A stretch of DNA of 64,000 nucleotides from an uncultured Muribaculaceae bacterium (lineage in GTDB: Bacteria > Bacteroidota > Bacteroidia > Bacteroidales > Muribaculaceae), in NCBI GenBank assembly GCA_910586895.1, contig CAJUIW010000002.1, forward strand, positions 19,837-83,836, in the 5' to 3' direction. Below the pieces are notes generated by a model. That model searched no databases, was not told the origin of the DNA, and saw only the letters and a list, made by a program, of their open reading frames with translations. The position numbers and the translations under genes are program-made. Every line of letters begins with the position of its first letter. Position 1 is the first letter of the stretch. Shown one piece after another: positions 56,106-63,594 of this stretch.

Positions 56106-57851
56106 ATGAAAATAATGATAAGATATTCTGCAGTACGCTTGCTCGCATTCCTAACCTTGATGTCGGTACTTGCGGGGTGTAACCGCGATAATGTGATAAC
56201 CGGCTCGTTGCCTCCTGTAATAAATTTTGATAATGGTACGGGTATGTACTCCGTTGTGGCGGGCGAGGAGCTGGTGATAGCGCCTGTATATACCAACGTG
56301 GATGATGCCACTACCTACCGATGGACACTTGACGGAAGGGTGATTGGCGACGGACCTCAGCTTTGCCGCGTGTGGGAGGATGTTGGGGAGCATTATGTCA
56401 TTCTGTCGGTGCGCTCCGAAGGGGGCTCGGCATCGGAGGAGGTGCTCGTTGAGGTGACTCCTACCCCGCTGCCAGGTATATTGTTGCCGCTTGATGGCGA
56501 TGCGCTTACTGTGCGTGTCGATTCGGAATATAAGTTTGCACCGGTATTCACTAATGCCGATGGACTGCAGGTGCGGTGGATAGTTGATGGCGAGCCGGTG
56601 TCGGACGAACGGGAATATACCTACCGTGCAGGTAGCGATGCTGGAACTCACACTCTTGTCATAGAGGCAGCCAACAGCTACGGGACATCGCGCCGTGAAA
56701 TCAGTATAGATGTCGTGGCGGAGCTCCCCGTGCGGCTTGAGTTTCTTCCGCTTACTAATCTGTCGGCCTCCACTATGCGCTATACTTTTGCGGGGCGTGG
56801 GGTGTATCTGAGTCCGTTTACGGCGGGAGTTGACGCCTCAGGGCTGGAGTGGAGCGTTGACGGCCGGGCCACAGGGCACAGTGGAGCAGGATATATGTTT
56901 GTTCCATCGGCTCCGGGGGAGTATGTGGTTACTGTCACGGCAGCCGGACGCTACGCCGCCTCGGTGACGGTGGTGTGCGTAAGTGTGACGGAGGACTCGC
57001 GCTTCCGTGCCGGATCTGTGGGAACGCAGACACGCGTGTTTGAGTATATGCCGGCCCCCGGACAGTTTATCAATGACACCGGTATCGGAGGAATGACCGG
57101 CGCTGAAACTACGCCTGATGCGGCGGCGCAGTGGGCACAGCGGCGCATGGAGCGGGGAACTGCAGTGTCGCTTGGTGGTTTCGGCGGATATATAGTGGTC
57201 GGTTTTGACCATAGCATCCCCGCTACCGCAGGCGAGTTTGATTTTTCGGTTTTAGGCAATGCTTTTCTTGGCGACAATACCGGTGCCGGCACCGGAGGCT
57301 CTAACGAGCCGGGAATAGTGTATGTGATGCAGGATGTGAACGGCAACGGACTTCCTGACGATGAATGGTATGAACTCCGCGGAAGCGAAGATGATAAGGC
57401 GGTGGTGCAATATGCCGTCACCTATTTCCGTCCGCAGGGTGTGCGGCTCCCGGTGATGTGGCTTGACAGCCGCGGCAGCTCGGGAAGCATCGACTATATC
57501 GCTGACATTCATCCGCAGGAAAGCTACTATCCGGCATGGATTCAGGAGGATTCCTATACGCTGTATGGTACCTGTCTGCCGGCGGCCAACTATCAGGAGG
57601 CATCGGGGCTGTGGGTAAACCCTCCGTTTGGCTGGGGTTATGCCGACAATTACGGCTCGGACGTCGTGGCCTCGGGCGACGACAATGGCACGGGGCAACG
57701 CAACGGCTTCAGCATATCGCGGGCCGTGTACCCTGACCGCACACCTGTAAAGCTGAAATACATTGACTTCATCAAGGTGCAGACGGGAGTCAACAGCAAG
57801 TCGGGCCACCTCGGCGAGCTCTCCACCGAAGTGTGCGGCTTCGAGGGCTGA
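56106..57851 (+). CDS. surface lipoprotein with three PKD/Ig-like repeats and a C-terminal domain of unknown function
   Basis: Lipobox LAGCN. Three ~75-aa repeats, each with ..(Y/F)xW(T/I/S)(L/V)DG.. and ..G.H/Y.V.. . C-terminal domain with GNGLPDDEWYEL. Start moved to MKIMIRY. Confidence 0.7.
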   Translation: MKIMIRYSAVRLLAFLTLMSVLAGCNRDNVITGSLPPVINFDNGTGMYSVVAGEELVIAPVYTNVDDATTYRWTLDGRVIGDGPQLCRVWEDVGEHYVILSVRSEGGSASEEVLVEVTPTPLPGILLPLDGDALTVRVDSEYKFAPVFTNADGLQVRWIVDGEPVSDEREYTYRAGSDAGTHTLVIEAANSYGTSRREISIDVVAELPVRLEFLPLTNLSASTMRYTFAGRGVYLSPFTAGVDASGLEWSVDGRATGHSGAGYMFVPSAPGEYVVTVTAAGRYAASVTVVCVSVTEDSRFRAGSVGTQTRVFEYMPAPGQFINDTGIGGMTGAETTPDAAAQWAQRRMERGTAVSLGGFGGYIVVGFDHSIPATAGEFDFSVLGNAFLGDNTGAGTGGSNEPGIVYVMQDVNGNGLPDDEWYELRGSEDDKAVVQYAVTYFRPQGVRLPVMWLDSRGSSGSIDYIADIHPQESYYPAWIQEDSYTLYGTCLPAANYQEASGLWVNPPFGWGYADNYGSDVVASGDDNGTGQRNGFSISRAVYPDRTPVKLKYIDFIKVQTGVNSKSGHLGELSTEVCGFEG

Positions 57852-58044
57852 CCCCTCCCTCTCCATATGGGTAACGGTGAACTTTTTTTGTGACAGAGTT
57901 TTGTCCTGTCGTTATTCATCACGATAGCTTTTCCGCCATTTTCTGATCACTCATTACAGTATGAGAGCTACTCAGGTGTCGTAATATAATTGAGATTGTC
58001 TGCAAAGGTTTTGTATACTGGTTGATAATATCATCCTTTTTACC

Positions 58045-58070
58045 TAAATTTGCAATTCGCGAATCGCAAA
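58045..58070 (+). promoter_or_regulatory. -7 promoter box (TAaaTTTG) overlapped by a 22-bp palindrome (candidate operator)
   Basis: TAAATTTG at 58045-58052. TTTGCAATTCG|CGAATCGCAAA at 58049-58070 pairs at 10 of 11 positions. Confidence 0.5.
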
Positions 58071-58082
58071 TTCATTTCAAAT

Positions 58083-58616
58083 ATGGCTAAGAATCACAAT
58101 GGTATGCGACCACAGGATATAGTAATATTGCTTAAAAAGGTCACGGACAAAGGCCGTGGGCTTCTGAACGGGCAAATTGCAAAAGAATTATGCATCAGCG
58201 CTTCTGAGGTATCGGAGGCATTGGAGCGTTGCCGCATTGCACGTTTGGTGGATACAACCAAGCAACGTGTGAATATCCTTGCTCTGGAGGAGTTTCTGGT
58301 ACATGGTTTGAAATATGTGTTTCCGGTGCAACCACAAAGTGTGGTTCGAGGTGTTGCCACTGCAATATCTGCCTCACCGATGAAAGAAAAAATCGTGAGC
58401 GGAAATGAGCAGTATGTGTGGCCGGATGCAAAGGGCAATATGCGTGGCACTGCCATTACACCGCTCTACAAGACAGTTCCGGCAGCTGTTGCTGCAGATG
58501 ATATGCTCTACAAACTGCTGGCTATCGTTGACACGTTGCGCATAGGCCGTGCGCGGGAGGTGGAGATTGCAAAAGTAGAACTTAAATCCCTACTCGCAGG
58601 ATATGATGTCAAGTAA
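58083..58616 (+). CDS. winged-helix DNA-binding protein (AbiEi-like antitoxin/regulator candidate)
   Basis: 177 aa. N-terminal wHTH-like segment RPQDIVILLKKV..GQIAKELCISASEVSEALERCRIARLV. Start chosen downstream of the promoter/palindrome. Overlaps the next gene by 14 nt. Confidence 0.6.
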   Translation: MAKNHNGMRPQDIVILLKKVTDKGRGLLNGQIAKELCISASEVSEALERCRIARLVDTTKQRVNILALEEFLVHGLKYVFPVQPQSVVRGVATAISASPMKEKIVSGNEQYVWPDAKGNMRGTAITPLYKTVPAAVAADDMLYKLLAIVDTLRIGRAREVEIAKVELKSLLAGYDVK

Positions 58617-59301
58617 TTTGGAACGATTGAAGATTATAGCCGAAGGGCTTGGAGAGCTGAACAAGCAAGTCGCGTTTGTCGGAGGTTCTGTTGCGGAACT
58701 TTATGCAGACAATCCTGCTGCAACCGAAATCCGTATGACCGAAGATGTAGACTGTGTGATTGAACTGGCTACATACCGTGGACTATATGAATTGGAGGAT
58801 ATAATCCGCAAAAAAGGTTTTGCTAATGATACCACTCCCGGCGCACCGATATGCCGTTGGACATACAAAGGGGAAACGGTAGATATCATGCCTGATGACC
58901 GAAACGTACTTGGCTTTACAAACCAATGGTATAAACCGGCTTTTGCTCACCGTGTCAAGGTTGAATTGTCCGATGGTACACCTGTCTTCATCTTTCCGGC
59001 ACTTTATTATGTCGCTACCAAGATTGAAGCAATCAAAGGACGCGGAGGTAATGATTTGCGCTTTTCGCATGACTTTGAGGATCTGATTTATGTCCTGAAT
59101 AACTGTGACGGGATTGTCAGCATGTTCGATTCGGAGGAGAATGAGGCACTGATATCTTATCTGGCGACATGGGCCAATGAAATGATTGTCCGACAGAATG
59201 GGCGGGAGGAGATAGAATGCGCATTGCCATATGGTGATTATGAACGCCTTGATTATATCCTTGAAATTCTTTCACATTTTGCAAAGGGATACCGCCAATG
59301 A
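58603..59301 (+). CDS. minimal nucleotidyltransferase-fold protein (AbiEii/DUF1814-like toxin candidate)
   Basis: 232 aa. Pol-beta-type NTase signature FVGGSVAELY-x12-MTEDVDCVI plus a downstream acidic strand GETVDIMPDD. Confidence 0.6.
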   Translation: MMSSNLERLKIIAEGLGELNKQVAFVGGSVAELYADNPAATEIRMTEDVDCVIELATYRGLYELEDIIRKKGFANDTTPGAPICRWTYKGETVDIMPDDRNVLGFTNQWYKPAFAHRVKVELSDGTPVFIFPALYYVATKIEAIKGRGGNDLRFSHDFEDLIYVLNNCDGIVSMFDSEENEALISYLATWANEMIVRQNGREEIECALPYGDYERLDYILEILSHFAKGYRQ

Positions 59302-60062
59302 AAATCCAGTATGCTTCAGATCTGCACCTCGAATTTGGCGCAAACTCAGTTTATATAAAGAACAAACCGTTGATTCCGATAGGCGATGTGCTTGTTCTGG
59401 CCGGAGATATTGGCTATCTGAATGATGACCTGTATTTCAAGCACCCATTCTGGGATTGGGCAAGCTACAACTTTGAGCAGGTCATCGTCATTCCGGGCAA
59501 TCATGAATTGTATAAATATTTTGACATAAACGAACTGCACGAAGACTGGAACCTGCAGATCAGGGGTAATGTGAGATGCGTATATAATTCAATAATCAAT
59601 CTTGATACTGATACCGATTTGATTGCATCGACATTATGGTCGGAAATTCGTGATGGAGATGCTTGTTATACAGAGCGGTGTGTAAGTGATTTTCATCGGA
59701 TACGCCACGGTGAATGCCGATTGACTTGGGAGCGGTTTAATGATGAACACCGCCGTTGTCGCGAATTTATTGAGAGGAGCGTTCAAAATAGTAGTGCGGA
59801 AAATTTAATAGTGGCAACTCACCATGTGCCGTCATTTCAATTGATGGCTGACGAATTCACTGATAGTCCGATTAACGGAGCGTTTACTTCCGAATTGGGC
59901 CGTCTTATCGCGAACAGCCGTATAAAATACTGGATATACGGTCATTCACATCGTAATATAGATAAGGTTATTGGAAATACACGTTGCGTATGCAACCAGC
60001 TTGGATATGTTTCACATGGCGAGCACCATACATTCCGATCTGATACTGTGATAGAGATATAA
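59298..60062 (+). CDS. calcineurin-like metallophosphoesterase
   Basis: All canonical motifs are present: SDLHLE (DxH), LAGDIG (GD), IPGNHE (GNHE), VATHHVP (H), YGHSHRN (GHxH). ATGA overlap with the upstream gene. Confidence 0.85.
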   Translation: MKIQYASDLHLEFGANSVYIKNKPLIPIGDVLVLAGDIGYLNDDLYFKHPFWDWASYNFEQVIVIPGNHELYKYFDINELHEDWNLQIRGNVRCVYNSIINLDTDTDLIASTLWSEIRDGDACYTERCVSDFHRIRHGECRLTWERFNDEHRRCREFIERSVQNSSAENLIVATHHVPSFQLMADEFTDSPINGAFTSELGRLIANSRIKYWIYGHSHRNIDKVIGNTRCVCNQLGYVSHGEHHTFRSDTVIEI

Positions 60063-60198
60063 AAACAGCGTGCCGAACGCGCTCCTTGTAAATACTCGGA
60101 TAAGCCCGAATAGGAGGACGTTATAGCACACAGGCGTTCCTGTAGTTTCTTATCTGCAGGCTTTAAGGCTTGTAGTAGGATATCTCAGTTCATTTGTT

Positions 60199-60206
60199 TA
60201 TTTTTG
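60199..60206 (+). promoter_or_regulatory. -7 promoter box (TAttTTTG), near-leaderless
   Basis: Exact TAnnTTTG ending 4 nt before the ATG at 60211. Confidence 0.4.
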
Positions 60207-60210
60207 TGCA

Positions 60211-61752
60211 ATGGGACTAAGATATTTAATATTAGCTTTTGTAGCGGCAGTTGTGCCTCAATTGGTCAATGCGCAGTGGAACACGACTCCTCCTGATGCA
60301 GTTGAGCCCGACTGGCGTCAGTCAGCTCCCGAAGTGGTGTTTCCCGATTCGTCATTGGTTGAGCTGTACAATCGCGCGTGGGCCACGGCTTCCGGACGTG
60401 TACGTCGCGGCCCGGAAGGAATGGTGGCATCGCCTTATCTTGACGAAAACTGCTACGATGACCAGATATGGATATGGGACGGATGCTTCATGGTCATGTT
60501 CTCAAAATATGCACCTGACGCATTTCCTGGAAAGGAGACGCTGATGAACTATTACGCTCCAATTCATGATGGCGCCCCGTCGCCGCTGAGGATACATCTG
60601 ATAGATAATCCGCCTCTGTTTGCCTGGACAGAACTGGAGAATTTCCGTTTCAGTGCCGATACTACCCGTCTTGCCATGCTTCTGGGGCCTCATGGATACC
60701 TTGAACGGCATTATCATTTTTTCAATAATCTCAAAACCGGCGACCGCAATCCTCAGCTTACACCTAATCCTGTGTTCATCCGGGTGTGCCGCAACGATAA
60801 GGATGAGCCGATAGGCTATATCTGCACAGGTAATAGCTCAGGCATGGACAACACGCCACGTGGTCGTGAGTCAGGCGGCTGGGGTTCCATAATGTGGGTG
60901 GATGCCATAGGGCAACAGGCTTTGGCCGCAAAGAGTATTTCGGAACTGAATAAATTGAATGGAGATACAATTGCCGCGGCGCGATGGATGGAAGAGTTCG
61001 AGCGATTGAAGACGGAGATAAACAATCGTTATTGGGATGATGAGGCCGGATTTTATTTCGATGTGGACATATCTACCGGAAAGCCTTGCCGTGTGATGAC
61101 TGTAGCCTCGTATTGGCCTATGCTTGCCGGCGTGGCATCGCCAGAGCAGGCCGAACGTATGGTTGAGAAACTCCGTGATCCGGATATCTTCGGAGGGGAA
61201 CTTCCATGGAATTCACTGTCACGTGCAGATGCTGACTATGATTCCGTGTCAGGCAATTATTGGCGTGGTGGCATCTGGATTCCAATGGTTTATATGGGGA
61301 CGAAGGCGCTTGAACGTTATGGATACACAGCCTTGGCTGACTCGCTTGCCGAAAAGGTGGTAAGAATGCAGGCCCGGGTGTACAAATCGGAGGAGCCGCA
61401 TACTATATGGGAAACGTATAATCCGAACTTCGACGGCCCCTCTACCGAACATGGTCGGCGTGTGCGACAGGAGTTTTGCGGCTGGTCGGCATTGGGCCCC
61501 ATATCTCTCTTTATTGAGAATATTATGGGATTCAGACGTGCCGATGGATTGAAGCGCGAGTTGCAATGGGATATAAAACCGCAAAATGGACGGCATGGGT
61601 TGCGACATTTCCGTTTTGGTGATATCGTAACGGATCTTATATATGATCCATTGACATCTACGATACGGACCAAATCGAATTGCCGGTACATATTGCTTAC
61701 GCCCGATCGACGTATTGAAGTGCCCGCCGGCGAATCAACAATAAGCCTTTGA
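60211..61752 (+). CDS. GH63/MGH1-like (alpha/alpha)6-barrel glycoside hydrolase, secreted
   Basis: Signal peptide. Blocks such as DQIWIWDGCFM, NSSGMDNTPR and YWRGGIWIPMVYM resemble GH63/trehalase-clan enzymes. Confidence 0.72.
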   Translation: MGLRYLILAFVAAVVPQLVNAQWNTTPPDAVEPDWRQSAPEVVFPDSSLVELYNRAWATASGRVRRGPEGMVASPYLDENCYDDQIWIWDGCFMVMFSKYAPDAFPGKETLMNYYAPIHDGAPSPLRIHLIDNPPLFAWTELENFRFSADTTRLAMLLGPHGYLERHYHFFNNLKTGDRNPQLTPNPVFIRVCRNDKDEPIGYICTGNSSGMDNTPRGRESGGWGSIMWVDAIGQQALAAKSISELNKLNGDTIAAARWMEEFERLKTEINNRYWDDEAGFYFDVDISTGKPCRVMTVASYWPMLAGVASPEQAERMVEKLRDPDIFGGELPWNSLSRADADYDSVSGNYWRGGIWIPMVYMGTKALERYGYTALADSLAEKVVRMQARVYKSEEPHTIWETYNPNFDGPSTEHGRRVRQEFCGWSALGPISLFIENIMGFRRADGLKRELQWDIKPQNGRHGLRHFRFGDIVTDLIYDPLTSTIRTKSNCRYILLTPDRRIEVPAGESTISL

Positions 61753-61937
61753 CCCGACATAGTTTGTCCACATATTGTCCTAAATTTAGGGACAAATATA
61801 GTAGTTTTTGTCCTAAATTCAAGGACATCATGATGCTTTCTACTGCAGTCGGTCTAAAAAAATAATACAGTCGGAAATATCTATTGACCCGAAATGTGGG
61901 TCAGCTGTCTTTATTTTGATATCTTAGGGGAGAAGAT

Positions 61938-61966
61938 AAAAAAAAGGACAACCGATTGGTTGTCCT
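61938..61966 (-). terminator. rho-independent terminator of tRNA-Lys
   Basis: Minus strand AGGACAACC-aatc-GGTTGTCCT followed by an 8-nt T-run. Confidence 0.7.
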
Positions 61967-61969
61967 TTG

Positions 61970-62042
61970 TGACCCCGGAGAGGCTCGAACTCTCGACCCA
62001 ATGATTAAGAGTCATTTGCTCTACCAACTGAGCTACGGAGTC
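61970..62042 (-). tRNA. tRNA-Lys (anticodon CTT)
   Basis: A 73-nt cloverleaf folded by hand: acceptor GACTCCG/CGGGGTC, D-arm GCTC/GAGC, anticodon stem AATGA/TCATT with loop CT-CTT-AA, T-arm GAGAG/CTCTC with TTCGAGC loop. No CCA is encoded. Confidence 0.9.
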
Positions 62043-62178
62043 AATAATTTAATATCCCTCAGCGAAACGTTTTTCGCATTTGCGATGCAAAGGTACGGCT
62101 TTTTTTGATATGCGCAAAATATTTTGAAATTTTTTTCTGAAAAATTTGTGAGGGGCTATTTAATAGGTTGTTTTTACT

Positions 62179-62186
62179 TATCTTTG
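62179..62186 (+). promoter_or_regulatory. -7 promoter box (TAtcTTTG) for gldE
   Basis: Exact TAnnTTTG. It overlaps the position of the GTG start of the ORF-track model, which favours the ATG at 62224. Confidence 0.45.
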
Positions 62187-62223
62187 TAGCGTGGGACGGG
62201 CATATCGGCTTTTTGTCCCAAGA

Positions 62224-63594
62224 ATGTTTAACAAAAACGAATTATCCTTGGATATTGACCCTTTACCGGCCACAGATCCGCTTTTATGCGCTGTGGCTAA
62301 TCTTCTGACTGTGATTCCCGATTTTGATTTCGGGCATGTGATGGCTATCCTGTGTGCGCTGTGCGCGCTTTGCTTGTCGGCTTTTGTGTCGGGCAGTGAG
62401 ATAGCGTATTTTTCCATAACTCCCGAGCAGGCTGAGGAGCTTGAGGACGAGCCGCGTTGGACTCGGGTGATGCAATTGGTTTCGAATCCGGAGCGATTGC
62501 TGGCTACAATACTTATAGTAAACAATCTGGTGAATGTCACGATAGTGGTGTTGCTCAATTATGCGCTGGCACCGCTGTTTGAGAGTCTGCAGAGTCCGTT
62601 GGTGGCTTTTATCCTCCAGTCGGTACTGCTTACATTCCTGATTCTGCTTTTCGGAGAGATTCTGCCCAAGCTGATGGCCAATACCAATACGCTACGTTGG
62701 GCGCGTGTGGCTGCCGGAGGTGTTCAGGTGATGATGAAGATTGTCTACCCGCTGTCATCGCTTCTGGTGCGTAGCTCCGGTTTTGTAGGACGTGTGGTGA
62801 CAAAGCGCGATGAGGATGTGACGGCTCAGGATCTGTCGCAGGCTCTGGAGATAACTGACGTTCAGGCCGGAAGCGACAAGGAGATGCTTGAAGGCATTCT
62901 GCGGTTTGGCGACACTACCGCTTCGGAGGTGATGACTCCGCGTGTGGACATGACTGATATCGATATCAACGCCACATTTGACGAGGTGATGGCCACGGTG
63001 ATAGAATCGGGCTATTCGCGTCTGCCGGTCTATGACGGTTCGCAGGACAATATCCGCGGTGTGCTTTATTCGCGCGACCTGCTCCCTTATGTGGGCAAGG
63101 CTGATGATGATTTTGACTGGCGCAAACTGCTGCGCGATCCATATTATGTGCCTGAGTCGCGCATGATTGACGACCTGCTTGAGGATTTCCGCCGCCGCCG
63201 GATACACATGGCTATCGTAATCGATGAATTCGGCGGTACGCAGGGTGTGGTGACTCTGGAAGATGTGCTTGAGGAGATTGTTGGCGACATCAATGATGAA
63301 TATGATACGGAGGAGAAAACCTACCGCAAGCTTCCCGATGACACGTATGTGTTCGAGGGTAAGACGGTGCTGAGCGATTTCTTCCGTGTCACGGGCCTTA
63401 ACGAGGAGGATTATGCCGAAGTGGCGGAGGACTGCGAAACGCTGGCCGGAATGCTGCTGGCCATAAAGGGGGATTTCCCTAAGGATAAGGAGCCTCTTGT
63501 GTATGGCCGTTGCCGCTTCCTGGTGCTTAATGTGGTGAATCACCGCATCACGGATGTTCGCGTAAAGGTTATGCCCGACATCCAGCATGAATAA
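62224..63594 (+). CDS. gldE: gliding-motility-associated GldE (DUF21-CBS-CorC_HlyC hemolysin-like family)
   Basis: DUF21 TM domain, CBS pair (IVIDEFGGTQGVVTLEDVLEEIVGDINDEYD), CorC_HlyC C-terminus. A GldD-like lipoprotein gene follows immediately. Confidence 0.78.
   Translation: MFNKNELSLDIDPLPATDPLLCAVANLLTVIPDFDFGHVMAILCALCALCLSAFVSGSEIAYFSITPEQAEELEDEPRWTRVMQLVSNPERLLATILIVNNLVNVTIVVLLNYALAPLFESLQSPLVAFILQSVLLTFLILLFGEILPKLMANTNTLRWARVAAGGVQVMMKIVYPLSSLLVRSSGFVGRVVTKRDEDVTAQDLSQALEITDVQAGSDKEMLEGILRFGDTTASEVMTPRVDMTDIDINATFDEVMATVIESGYSRLPVYDGSQDNIRGVLYSRDLLPYVGKADDDFDWRKLLRDPYYVPESRMIDDLLEDFRRRRIHMAIVIDEFGGTQGVVTLEDVLEEIVGDINDEYDTEEKTYRKLPDDTYVFEGKTVLSDFFRVTGLNEEDYAEVAEDCETLAGMLLAIKGDFPKDKEPLVYGRCRFLVLNVVNHRITDVRVKVMPDIQHE

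Noticed and set aside
57849-61976. Possible genomic island integrated at tRNA-Lys. The 7-mer TGACCCC occurs at the tRNA 3' end (61970-61976) and again exactly at the stop codon where the AT-rich cassette region begins (57849-57855).
   Set aside because: A 7-nt match is too short to count as an att repeat. No integrase, excisionase or mobility gene lies between the two copies, and the GH63-like gene in the interval has near-native composition. I kept it as a note only. Comparative genomics could revisit it.
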